The translations under genes were made by a program, and so were the position numbers. A stretch of 64,000 nt of DNA from Octopus sinensis (Eukaryota): contig NC_043000.1 in NCBI RefSeq assembly GCF_006345805.1, positions 113,894,001-113,958,000 of the forward strand, in the 5' to 3' direction. Under the pieces are notes generated by a model, which ran no database searches, was not told the DNA's origin, and saw only the letters and a program-made list of their open reading frames with translations. Shown piece after piece: positions 13,406-25,652 of the stretch. The stretch's first letter is position 1. Each line of letters starts with the position of its first letter.

Positions 13406-13939
13406 TGGACTGGAGCCTGGAGCGGCCCCTGGCTTCCCAGACCCCGGTTGAACCGTCCAACCCGTGCTAGCGCGGAAAACGGACGTTAAACGATGATGAT
13501 GATGATGATGATGATATATATATATATATATAATGGTTTTAGCAAGAAAGAAGACTTAATGTATATGCACTATGTATGTGTGTGTGTGTATGTTTGTGTC
13601 GTTACATCATCTTTTCTGCTACATTCCTCTCCAAATATATACACCACCCCTATCTGTGTGTGTGACACTCAAACTAGGTTAAACACGCTGGTTACCCCCA
13701 CCCCACCCGACCACTCCGAGGTCTAGCACACTTTCTGCTGTTGTTGTGGTTGTTGTGGTTGCTTCTTTATGTGTTTTGTGTTACGTGGTGTGTTAGTGTT
13801 ACATGAGTGTGTGTGTGTGTGTGTGTGTGTGGAGAGAGAGAGAGAGGGAGAGAAAGGGTGATGGAGGGAGAGAAAGGGTGATGGAGGGAGAGAAAAAGAG
13901 GAGAGCGGGAAGTATGTTACTGTGGTTTTGTGTCTGTAG

Positions 13940-14316
13940 AGAAGTGTGTGTATGTGTGTGGGTAGGGAGAGAAGGAAAGAAGGAAAGAAGTGTGTAATTG
14001 TGTGTATGTGTGTAAGTGTGTGTATGGGTAGAGAGAGAAGGAAAGAAAGAAGGAAGTGTGTATGTTTTGTATTAAGAAATGTGTGTGTGAGTGTGTATGT
14101 GTGTGTAAATGTGTGTATAAGTGTATGTATGAGTGTAGGTAGAGAGAGAAGGAAAGAAAGAAGTGTGTATGTTTTGTGTTATGAAATATGTGTGTATGTG
14201 TGAGAATGTGTGTGTATAAGGGTATGTATGTATGTGTGTGGGTAGAGAGAGAAGGAAAGAAAGAAAGAAGTGTGTATGTTTTGCGTTATGAAATGTGTGT
14301 GTCCGTGTGTGTGTAT

Positions 14317-14358
<42 letters not shown>

Positions 14359-14470
14359 TGTGTTTTGTGCTATAAAATATGTGTAAATGTGTTATTATAA
14401 ATGTATGTATGTGTGAGGGTAGAGAGAAGGAAAGAAAGAAGTGTGTACGTTTTGTGTTATGAAGTGTGTG
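13940..14470 (+). repeat. Degenerate tandem repeat containing gtagagagagaaggaaagaaag, about 6 units, within a TG-rich region that extends to about 15530
   Basis: Recurrent ggtagagagagaaggaaagaaagaagtgtgtatgttttg motif. Confidence 0.8.
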
Positions 14471-14477
14471 TGTGTGA

Positions 14478-14511
<34 letters not shown>

Positions 14512-15197
14512 TTGTATGTGTGTTTGTGTGTGCGTGTGTGTTTGTGTGTGTGATTGTGTGTGTGATTGTGTGTGTGTAAGATACAGCACACCATTGTGTG
14601 TGAGTGCCTGTGATTTTGTAATGAACACTACAACATTGTATATGTATGTGTGTATGTTTGTGTGTGTATACATATATATGATGTACAGTACCCTATTGTG
14701 TGTGTGTGTGTGTGTATATATGTACCTATGTGCAACACAGTGCATAATTGTCTGTAAGTCTATATGTGTGTATATGCATGAGTGTGTATGTGTGTCTATC
14801 ACTATCTGTGTGTATGTATATGTATATCTCAGTGTATAATGTATATGTATGAAAGACAGAGAGAGCGAGGGAGATTGTTTATATATATATATATGTGTGT
14901 GTGTATGTATGTGTATAGGTAGCATCATGAGCTAGATGTGGTGTGTGTGTATGCGTGTGTGTGTGTGTATGTACATAGTTTTGTTAATGTGTATGAGAGT
15001 ATATTCACATGGTGTCCATATTGCATGTGTGTAAACATCTACCTACTCACGTGTGTATGTACTTATTTCCATGTGTATGTATGTATGCATGTAAGTGTGT
15101 AGTTGTGTGTAAATGTGTCTATCTCCCTACACACTCACACATATACATGTGTGTGTGTGTGTGTGTTTGTCTGTGTGTATACATTTGTGTGTGTCCG

Positions 15198-15249
<52 letters not shown>

Positions 15250-15472
15250 CGCACACATGTACATCTGCATGTTGTGTGTTTGTATGTATGTATCTGTGTA
15301 TGTATGCATGTATTTGTGTGTGTAAATGTGTAAATGTCTATCTCTATACATACACACACCCATGTACATCTGTGTGTGTGTGTGTGTGTGTGTCTGTGTA
15401 TGTATGCATGTATTTGTGTGTGTAATTGTCTGTCTATCTCTCTATACATACACACACACCCATGTACATCTG

Positions 15473-15511
<39 letters not shown>

Positions 15512-15617
15512 ATGCATTTGCATGTGTGTGTTGCTAATAGAGAGTACAGCCATGAGATGTCCATACTGAATTTGTGTGTGTGAGAGAGAGAGAGAGATAG
15601 AGATTGAGAGACGGAGG

Positions 15618-15650
<33 letters not shown>

Positions 15651-16768
15651 TACAATCACGTGCTGTCCACATGAAGACAGTTTGCAATTCAGAAATGTGG
15701 CTTCGTTGTTGATGGTAATTATGATGATGATGATGGTGGTGGTGGTGGTTGATGTGATAATGTTGGTGGTGGTGGTGATGATGGTGATGATGACAGTGAA
15801 GATGGAGCATGCAGTGAAGGTATATGAAGGCAGTGATGATGGTGATGGAGATGGTTGGATGGTTTGTTTGCCAGTGTTTATGGCTGTAATGGTGATGATG
15901 GTTACTGGTGGTATCAGTGATGGTGAAGAAAAATAGAGGTTCCAGTGATGCTGGTGGTAGTGGTGGTGGTAGCGGTGGTGATAGTGGTTGTGGTGGTGGT
16001 GGTGGTAGTGGTGGTGGTGGTAGTGGTGGTGGTTCTAGTAAATGTGGTGATAACTACAGTAGTGGTAGTAGTGGTTTTGATAATGCTGATGGTTGCAGCA
16101 GCAGTAGCAGTAGTAGTGTTAGTAATGGAAGAATTAATATAATGTTGCAATAAAGTAAAGCTAGAATGAATTCAAATGAATTCCTAATTAAACTCTGCTA
16201 TATAGGTGCAGGCGTGGCTGTGTGGTAAGAAGCTTGCTTCCCAACCACATGGTTCCAGGTTCAGTCCCACTGAGTAGTACGTTAAGCAAGTACTTTCTAC
16301 TATAGCTTCAGGCTGACCAAAGTCTTGTAAGTGGATTTAGTAGATGGAAACTGAAAGAAGCTTGTCATATAAATATATATATGTATATATCATCATCATC
16401 GTTAAACTTCCGTTTTCCATGCTGGTATGAGCTTGATGGTTTGTCAGAGGACTGGCAAGCTGGGAGGCTGTACCAGGCTCCAATCTGATCTGGCAAGGTT
16501 TCTACAGCTGGATGCCCTTCCTAATGCCAACCACTCCATGAGCGTAATAGGTGCTTTTTACAAGGCACTGGCATGGGGAGCCAGTCAGGTGGAACTGGCA
16601 TTGGCCACACTTCAATGGTGCTTTTTATGTGCGACCGACATGGGCACCAGTCAGCCAGCACTGGCATTGACCACATTCGGATGGTGCTTTTTACATGCCA
16701 CCAGCATGGGGAGCCAGTCAGGCAGCACTGGCATCTGCCAGGACTACAATTTCACTTGACTCAACAGG

Positions 16769-16810
<42 letters not shown>

Positions 16811-17444
16811 CATTTTTGGATTTGGTTTGCAAGATTCGTTACATGAGTTCGTGTGTTGAAGCATATTCTGTTGTGTCTGAGGAGAGTCATTCTCTTTTGA
16901 TGCCTTATAATTTAACGAACTCACCCATACAGTAAGATTGAACCTGGAACCATTTTCAGCAAAGTGATCTTCACTCATAGATTTGAAGGGTTTCACTTAA
17001 CTGTTCCTATCATTGCTGCTGCTGCTGCTGCTGCTGCTACTACTTCTACAGCATTTCCATCTTCTGTTCCACTCCCTGTTTTTTTGCTAGTACAGCTGCC
17101 CCATCCCGTATCACTTGTGGGAAATCCTTTATTCATATGTTCCCAGCACCCTCTCTTTGATGCCTGTCTGCCCCTTGTTATATATATCCTACATACATAC
17201 ATACACGCATACATACATATGTTATATATATATATATGTTTGTATGTGTATATGTGTGTGTATATATAAATATATGTGTGTGTGTGTGTTGTATGTATAT
17301 ATGTGTAGGGGTTACATATTGGCAGGGATAGGAATAAGGCATTAAGGCAAGGTTGTGCAATGTGTGAGGAAATACGAAATATGACTATGTTATTATTATT
17401 ATTGTTATCATTATTACTATTATTATTATTTTTATTGTCTAGGT

Positions 17445-17930
17445 AGCAAGCTGGCAGAATTGTTAGCACGCTGAACAAAATGCTTTACGTTCTGAGTTCA
17501 AATTCCACTGAAGTCGACTTTGCCTTTCATCCTTTCAGGGTCGATGAAATAAGTACCAGTTACGTACTGGGGTCAATGTAATCAACTAGCCCCCTTCCCC
17601 CAAAATTTCAGACCATGTGCCTATCGTAGAAAGGATTATTATAATAATAATTATTATTATTGTTATTATTATTATTATTATCATTATTGGTATAATTAAG
17701 GTGGCAAGTTGGCAGAATCGTTAGCATGCCCAGGCAAAATGTTTAGCAGTATTTTGTCCATTTTTTTCATTCTGAGTTCAAATTCCACCAGGGTTGACTT
17801 TGTCTTTCATCTTTTCAAGGTCGATAAATTAAGTACCAGTTGAGTACTGGAGTCAATGTAATTAAACAGTTCCCTCCCCACAAATTTCAGGCCTTGTGCC
17901 TTTATTATAAAGGATTATTATTATTATTAT
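17445..17930 (+). mobile_element. Two tandem SINE family B copies (tRNA-like head, (TAT)n tail)
   Basis: gctggcagaatcgttagc..ttctgagttcaaattcc..gactttgcctttcatcctttc..aagtaccagtt..ctggggtc..caaatttcaggccttgtgcct..aaggattattatt. Confidence 0.8.
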
Positions 17931-18176
17931 TGTTATTATTATTATTTAAGCTGGCAGAATCATTGCTATGTGGGGCAAAATGTTTGACAATATTTCATGT
18001 TTGCTTTTCATTCTTCCAGGGTCAGTAAAATAAGAACCTGGGGTGGGTGGGGTGAGGGGCAATGCAATTGACTTACACCCTTAACATAAGTTTTTTTTTT
18101 TCTTGGATTCTACAAACCAGCTTCCCTCTACTGGAATGAAAAGAATCATGTTTGTATATAAGAGATGAGTATATAT

Positions 18177-18244
<68 letters not shown>

Positions 18245-18806
18245 ATATATTATATATATATATATATATATAATATATAATATATATATTATATATATAT
18301 ATTATATATATATACAATATATATATAATATATATACAATCAGATACTCAATGGGCTTCTTTCAGTTTCCATTTACCAAAATCCACATGCAAGGTTTTGG
18401 TTGGCGCAAGGCCATGCTGGGGAACTGAACCCAGGACCATGTGGTTGGGAAGCCAGCTTCTTACCACACAGCCGCACCTATGAATGATCTAAAAACATTT
18501 GAGTTCTAAGTGCAGCTGATCATCCGTAATCTAGGCTTAGCTTATCACTTGTAAGATGATCAAAGGTGCAGTTGATCTTTACGGGATTATATGATCAGAA
18601 TGTGCAGACGTATGATGCCCCAGTCTGCACACAGACATTGTAAACACGTGCACTTGCACATGCTTCTCATCACACACTCACGCACACATGCATGCATTAG
18701 CATATAATTGTGCAGGCATAAGCAAGCCGTATAGGTCTACTAAGCCTTGTGCATTTTAAAACATACATATATATATAAGCACTGCATTTATATATCATTG
18801 TTATTA

Positions 18807-19061
18807 TAGCGTTGCTATTACGTTAAACTGTCGTATGTCTAAATTTGGCTAAATGCGGTTTTTTTCAATACATAATTTTTCTTGCAATTGCAAGTTTTTT
18901 TGGTCAAACTATTGTATCTCCAGCTGCCTCAGATGCCAAGATATCAAAAATTGTCAAAGTGTAGTTCAATGGTTTTGCTATGGAATGGTGAAACTAATTT
19001 TTCATTTTTCTGAAAAAGCAGCATTTTGGACTTATGACATTTTTGCATAATAGCAACGATA
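18807..19061. mobile_element. MITE with imperfect TIRs of about 37 bp
   Basis: Left tagcgttgctattacgttaaactgtcgtatgtctaaa versus reverse complement of the right end tatcgttgctattatgcaaaaatgtcataagtccaaa. Confidence 0.65.
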
Positions 19062-19069
19062 TCTTTCTC

Positions 19070-19465
19070 TTTCTTTTACTTGTTTCAGTCATTTGACTGT
19101 GGCCATGCTGGAGCACCATCTTTAGTCAAGCAAATCAACCCCAGGACTTATTCTTTGTAAGCCTAGTACTCATTGTATTGGTCTCTTTTGCCAAACCACT
19201 AAGTTACGGGGACATAAACACACCAGCATCGGTTGTCAAGCGATGTTGGGGGGACAAACACAGACACACAAACATATATACACACATACATTTATATGTA
19301 TACACATATACGACGGGCTTCTTTCGGTTTCCATCTACCAAATTCACTCACAAGGCTTTGGTTGGCCCGAGGCTATAGTAGAAGACATTTGCCCAAGGTA
19401 CCACGCAGTGGGACTGAACCCGGAACCATGTGGTTGGTAAGCAAACTACTTACCATACAGCCACA
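19070..19465 (-). mobile_element. SINE family A, full length
   Basis: Reverse complement of the family A head-to-tail consensus. Confidence 0.85.
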
Positions 19466-20152
19466 TATTATCTCCAGCATCATTTAATGTCCATTTTCCA
19501 TGCTGGTATGGGTTGGACTGGTTGACAGGCGCTGGCTGGCTGAAGAGCTGTGCAGCTCCATTTGTCTGTCTGTACATATATTCTATACATATAAATTTGA
19601 CATGTGCGATTCCTTCTTGTCTTGGGATTCACAGTCAAATGGCTGGGTAGAATTGCGCGAAAAATTACACAGATGTGTAGAATGATCTGGTGGTGTTGCT
19701 GGACTTTGTATTTTTTAATAGCTCCCATGGTTACCGAGATAATCTACTATAATAATACTCTTGTGTTTATGAATGAGAAAGGGAGGGGTGATAGATGAAT
19801 AAGGAAAGAAGGGGTGATGTCATATTTTTTCATAGCTCCCATGGTTACTGAAATAATCTACTATAATAATACTCTTGTGTTTATGAATGAGAAAGGAAGG
19901 GGTGATAGTTGAATAAGGAATATAAATGGGATGGTTTAGTAAAGAAAGAGTGAGATAGAGATGGTAGCAAGTGCCAGGGCATACTTTTGAGGTTCAAATG
20001 CCATATTTCTGATATATGTACATATATATATATATATATATATATACGTTTAAATATTTGTTGTGCAAGATTTTTTATGTGAAGTCGTGTGTTGAAACAG
20101 ATATTGTTATATTTCGGAATGGTCATATTGCCAGTTTAGCCAATAGAACGAA

Positions 20153-20197
20153 GGACCACTGATGCGGTCACAGGAGTGTGACGAAAGAACTCTGGCC
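20153..20197 (+). ncRNA. Variant-core hammerhead-like motif in a (TA)n-flanked element
   Basis: ggacca-CTGATGCG-GTCAC-aggagt-GTGAC-GAAAGAACTC-tggcc; perfect 5-bp stem II and pairable stem I, but a non-canonical core at A9. Confidence 0.45.
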
Positions 20198-21054
20198 GAA
20201 ATAAGATTAAGATTAATGTAAAAAATAAATATCACTGAAGCAAAATAACACCAAATATATAGTGCGTGTGTTTTTATTGGCTAAACTGGCAATATGACCA
20301 TTCCGAAATATAACAATATATATATATATAGGCATGTAAAAAGCACCCACTACACTCACGGAGTGGTTGGCGTTAGGAAGAGCATCCAGCTGTAGAAACA
20401 CTGCCAGATCAGACTGGAGCCTGGTGCAGCCTCCTGGCTTCCCAGACTCCGGTCAAACCGTCCAACCCATGCTAGCACGGAAAACGGACGTTAAACGATG
20501 ATGATGATGATGATGTACATACATATACTTTCATACATACATACATACACAGGTGTGTGTGTGTAGGTGTTGTGTAACCCTGAGGCTCAAGTCAACATTG
20601 ATCCAGCTACCTCACAGTTTGCCCAAACAACAACACATGACTCACCAATTAATCTTTCTCGTTATACCAGAGTCACCCCCCCACTTCACACTGTACCTCT
20701 CCGATATGACATGCAATGGTGAATCATATTGTGTGCAGCGTAGCACTTTGGATCTATTGTGCTCTTTTCATTGTCCAGTCTATTTCTGTTCAACCAGATA
20801 TTCTAGTGGCAGCAACAATTGAAATGGCGAGGTGGACTTAGGTCAGAGAGTGATGGCTCATGTTCCTCTGTATTTATTGTTCATTCTGCACAACCCAAAA
20901 CATTGTTTATGGCCAGTGAAATTATTGATATTTTCAGCTATTTCTGTTTGGATGTGATCTTTGTTTGGGTTGAATGAATGAGAGATTGTGTTTTGGAATG
21001 GTATTGTGTTACCATTCTGGAGTGTTGTATATAAGTGTCTGAGATGTGAAGGAT

Positions 21055-21235
21055 ACTTTTTCTGAAGCATGGAATAAACTGCCTGCGTCAGTTGTTGACT
21101 GCCATGACACTGCATCTTTTAAGGCCCTCATGCTTTCCGAAATCCGCCGAAACTTCACCTGATTATATATACACTTTAGATGAGTTGTAGTGCACCTGAG
21201 CACTGTACACAATTATTATTATTATTATTATTATT
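21055..21235 (+). mobile_element. CR1/L2-like LINE 3' end
   Basis: EAWNKLPASVVDCHDTASFK (WN.LP..VV....FK C-terminal motif), then a short 3' UTR and (ATT)n tail. Confidence 0.6.
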
Positions 21236-21435
21236 ATGTTGTGACAGGGATTTTTGGGGTTAAAACTTGCTTCAGCAATCCACTGTGTCATTCATATTTC
21301 CAGGTGACCTTTCATTTTTAGCATTTTCCTGCCGGTGTGGTCTAATGTGTTGTTCTGGTTTTGTTTGTAGTGAGTATATAATGTAAATAAGACTGAGAAT
21401 CACTGTTTGTTTGTCACAGAAAATGAGATAGTTTT

Positions 21436-21800
21436 TTTTTTTTTTTGAGATCTTTTTTAAGCAGTTTTTAACATAATTTCTAGGTAACTAAAAAATTTTA
21501 AACTTCGTATACTGGTAGAATGTGTTTATAAAACATCTTTTTCTCTTGGCTTTATTGAGAAAATTCTATAGTTTTTAAGATATTTGCTGTTTTTTTTCTT
21601 CAATCAATGACGTCTATTGAGGTGAAAACATTCTGTGCCATTTGAATATGTCCCTCCTTTAAGAAACAGATTGGGTTTATTTACATTTCTGAAGAAAAAA
21701 CGATACCCTTCCCCCCACCCCTAACCATAACCCTAACCCTAACTAACCCTAACTCTAACTCTAACCATAAAACAGATTGAAATGCAATAGATCGATACTA
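21436..21800. mobile_element. Unclassified repeat with internal (CCCTAA)n-like tract; partial copy at 33810-33880
   Basis: gggtttatttacatttctgaagaaaaaa...ccccacccctaaccataaccctaa is shared by both loci. Confidence 0.55.
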
Positions 21801-21972
21801 GGGTCATAACTATGGGTGACAATTTCTCATTTATTTTTATCAAAAAAATTTTTAATTAGCCCCATTTTTGATATTTTCAGTGTCCTTCATTATAATAATA
21901 TATCTATCATAACTATAATAATAATTTTACCGTTAATCTTTAATTTTTTTAATAAATATAAATTGATATTGT

Positions 21973-22212
21973 ACCTAAATGTGGCAGACCCACAGGGGAC
22001 GATGCTGTTGTTGTCTATAGCCCCAGGAAGACACCTCCTCCAGCTGGCTAATGACAAATTCTCTGTGTCTGATTAGTATTTGCAAAGGGAAATCTTTGTT
22101 CCCATGTCCTAATCAGACACAGACAGTGTATCATTAGCCAGCTGGAGGAGGTGTCTTCCTGGGGCTATAAACAACAGTAGCATCGTCTCCTGTGGGTCCA
22201 CCACATTTAGGT
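21973..22212. mobile_element. Fold-back element/MITE, arms of about 103 bp at about 90% identity
   Basis: cctaaatgtgg...tctgtgtctgattag [short loop] ctaatcagacacaga...ccacatttagg. Confidence 0.85.
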
Positions 22213-22443
22213 GGCAAATATACTTCACGATTAAGGTGGTGAGGTGACAGAATCGTTAGCACACCAGGCAAAATGCTTAGCTGTATTTCGTCTGTCTTTA
22301 TGTTCTGAGTTCAAATTCTGCTGAGGTTGACTTTGCCTTTCATCCTTTTGGGGTTGATAAATTAAGCACCAGAAACATAGTGGGGTCAATCTAATTGACT
22401 TGTTCCCTCCCCCAAAATTTCAGGCCTTGTGCCTAGAGTAGAA

Positions 22444-22495
<52 letters not shown>

Positions 22496-22569
22496 CACAT
22501 ATACATATACTTCACGATTCCATGCTGCTACTGTTTACTTCTCGCTCAGAAATTTATCATTGCTAGTAT

Positions 22570-22735
22570 TGTACATTTAGATTATTTACATTATTTACAT
22601 TTGACAGATATTTGTCGTCATCTTGTTTGTTGTTAACACACCGTTTCAGCTGATATACCCTCCAGCCTTCATCAGGTGTCTTGGAGAAATTTCAAACCTG
22701 AGTTCTCATTCCTAAGGTATTTTTTGATGTTGTTG

Positions 22736-22779
<44 letters not shown>

Positions 22780-22901
22780 TTATTATTATTATTATTATTA
22801 TTATTATCATCAATATTATTATTATTCAAATCACTGCCTGGAATCAAACTTGGAATCTTGGGGCTAGTAGCCTGTGCTCTTAACCACTATGGCATATGCC
22901 C
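22570..22901 (-). mobile_element. tRNA-headed SINE with hammerhead-bearing tail (copy 1a)
   Basis: Reverse strand: gggcatatgccatagtggttaag (A box), agtttgattcc (B box), (AAT)n, then gacacCTGATGAaggctg..cagctGAAACggtgtgtt. Confidence 0.8.
22635..22680 (-). ncRNA. Hammerhead ribozyme motif (cleavage-site U mutated to G)
   Basis: gacac-CTGATGA-a-GGCTG-gagggtatat-CAGCT-GAAAC-GGT-gtgtt. Confidence 0.65.
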
Positions 22902-22904
22902 ACA

Positions 22905-23122
22905 GGCATATGGCAGTGACTTGAATAATAATAATAATAATAATAATAACAACATCTAAAAATACCTTAGGAATGAGAATCCAGGTTCGAAATTTCCCCG
23001 AGATAACCTGATGAAGGTTGGAGGGTATATCAACTGAAACGTTGTGTTAACAACAAACATGATGAGGACAAATATCCATCAAATGTAAATAATGTACATA
23101 ATTCTTCATCTCTTAAATATAG
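22905..23122 (+). mobile_element. Inverted partner copy of the hammerhead SINE (head internally deleted; copy 1b)
   Basis: ggcatatggc..agtgacttgaataataat..aaaataccttaggaatgagaa..CTGATGA..GAAACgttgtgtt..cttcatctcttaaatatag. Confidence 0.8.
23003..23048 (+). ncRNA. Hammerhead ribozyme motif (stem I damaged)
   Basis: ataac-CTGATGA-a-GGTTG-gagggtatat-CAACT-GAAAC-GTT-gtgtt. Confidence 0.65.
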
Positions 23123-23692
23123 AATTGTAGCATTGTACATGTCTTCTGTTTTTTTTTATAACTGTATACCTACTTTTGCACTCACCCACCCCACCCCCCT
23201 GTATGACTATTGTTACAGTTATTTGGCTATTAATTACTTTCTCTATATTTAATTTTGTTTTGTGGTTTATGTTGGCTACAAATATTTTCCAATTTTCTCT
23301 CTTTCTATAATGCATTTTCTATGTTTATTTCCTTCTTTTATTGTTTGATACTGAATTTTATTTCAGCTTTGTGTGTGTTGGTGGACTGTGGTAGATGTTT
23401 TTTCTTTTTTCCCCCAGCTTTTTTATGAGGTTGGCTATTTCTGGCCTAATTGGATTTGTATCCTTTAGGTTGCCTTATGAGATATGTTTTTTAGAAGTGT
23501 CTATAAATATTCCATTGTCCAGCAGAGGCTCTCAAACATTTTGGGCCACCGCTCCACCTCATGGCCACATAATACCCTCAGCGCCCCCACCCCTATTTTT
23601 ATGTATAATTAGATATTTTATATTTTACTAATTTATATATACTATGAATCATTTGATAGTTAATATGATATTATATGATTTGTTTACAATAC

Positions 23693-24290
23693 ATAGGCAC
23701 AGGAGTGGCTGTGTGGTAAGTAGCTTGCTTACCAACCACATGATTCCAGGTTCAGTCCCACTGCATGGCACCTTGGGCAAGTGTCTTCTATAGCCTCGGG
23801 CTGACCAAAGCCTTGTGAGTGGATTTGGTAGACGGAAACTGAAAGAAGCCTGTCGTATATATATATATATATATTTATGGTAGCGGTGGGAGGTGGGGGT
23901 GCTGGGGGTGATGGTGGTGGCGATAGGGCATGAGATAAAAAAAATGAGGGGAGGAGTGAACAGAGGTAACAAGTGGAAGAGAGATAGACAGACACACAGA
24001 CACACACACACAAGCTGTGTGGCATTGGGTGGGGATGGTGGGGTGGAATGTAGAAGAACATGGTTGAGGGACGGTGTGTGTGTATATGTTTGTGTCTGTG
24101 CTTGTACCCACCAATATCGCTTGACAACCAATGCTGGTGTGTTTATGTCGCCGTAACTTAGCGGTTCGGCAAAAAGAGACTGATAGAATAAGTACCAGGC
24201 TTACAAAGAATAAGTCCTGGGATCGATTTGCTTGACTAAAGGCAATGCTCCAGCATGGCCACAGTCAAATGACTGAAACAAGAGAGAGTA
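23693..24290 (+). mobile_element. SINE family A interrupted by an insertion of about 200 bp (23878-24069)
   Basis: Head 23693-23870; body resumes at about 24075. Confidence 0.85.
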
Positions 24291-25230
24291 ACAAGAGAGA
24301 GTAATACTATAATAATATTATAATAAATTCATATCATCCCCCAATCCACTGCCTTCCTTCCAACGCCTCCTTTTTCTCTACCGTGCCCTTAGGCACCAGT
24401 GCCCACTTGGATGGTCTCAATGCCCACTGGGGGTGGCAGCAGCTCCCACTTTGAGAACCTATGTTGTACAGCAATGTCTTTATTACTAGTTGTTGAATTC
24501 TGAAAATCTTTGTTTCCTGGTGAAGCAGTTCTTTTAGACATTTTTGTGAATATTTTTTTGTACTTTTTTTTGTGTGAATATATTTTTGTATTTGCATTCT
24601 TCATTGATGCATGAGCGAGTATATTAAGACAATCATTTGGAGGTGGTGGTCTGTGGAAAGTCGAGGAATTGTTTGTCAGGTGATTGTGGTAGCTGAGTGT
24701 GTGGAACAGAAGGTGGTGATTGGGGAAGAATTGCTGTGCCTTGCCTCCGGAACGTGTGTGTGTGTGTTGGATTGTTTAGGATACAAAGGGGGTTCAGTCA
24801 TGGTGTTGTTTAATGGTGATGTGTGATGAGGATTATGATGATGATGAGTATGATGTTGGCACAGGTGTGGCTATCATCATCATCATTGTTGTTTAACGTC
24901 CGCTTTCCATGCTGGCATGGGTTGGACGGTTTGACTGAGGGCTGGCAAGCCAGATGGCTGCACCAAGCTCCAATCCAATCTGGCAAAGTTTCTACAGCTT
25001 GATGCTCTTCCTAACACCAACCACTCTGAGAGTGTAGTGGGTGCCTTTTATGTGCCACCGGCGCAAGGGCCAGTCAGGCGGTATTGGCATCGGCTGTGGT
25101 TAAGAAGTTTGCTTCCCAACTGCATGATTTCAGGTTCAATCCTGCTACATATCACCTTGGGTACATATGTCTTCCATTATAGCCCCAGGTCAAACAATGC
25201 TTTGTGAGTGGATTTCCTAGACTGAAACTG

Positions 25231-25263
<33 letters not shown>

Positions 25264-25621
25264 TATTTCTTTATTGCCCACAAAGGGCTAAACATAGAGA
25301 GGACAAACCAGGACAGACAAAGGGATTAAGTCGGTTACATCGACCCCAGTGCGTGACTGGTACTTTTTTTAATCGACCCCAAAAGGATGAAAGACAAATT
25401 TGAACTCAGAATAATAATAATAATTATGTGTGACAATAACAAAGATATTAAATGATGTTGGTGATAATAATAATGATGATGATAAGGTTTGAGAAGGCAC
25501 AGGAAGCAGTAATGATGATGATAGTGGTTATGGTGGTGGTGGTGGTGGTGATGATGCTGATGATGTTTTGTTTTGTCTTTGCAGGGTTTCAGATTGATCC
25601 GTGCTGCTGTATCAGAGAACA

Positions 25622-25652
25622 ATGTCTATACAGAAAGGACACAAAAAGAAAG
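25622..25652 (+). CDS. Dab: Dab first coding exon (MSIQKGHKKK+1 nt); exon begins at about 25585 after tttgcag
   Basis: acaATG at 25622 with an in-frame TGA at 25595. Strong donor AG|GTAAGA at 25653. The phase-1 end fits the phase-1 start of the PTB exon. A Lys-rich stretch just before the PTB domain is also seen in vertebrate Dab. Confidence 0.72.

Noticed and set aside
15604-16153. Gly/Ser-rich and Thr-rich ORFs (also 26311-27266, 28091-28324, 29238-29726, 42472-43005)
   Set aside because: (GGT/GAT/CAC)n low-complexity tracts that are open in several frames; no recognisable domain.
21716-21775. Interstitial telomere / chromosome fusion scar
   Set aside because: Short, degenerate, single orientation, and carried inside a dispersed repeat.
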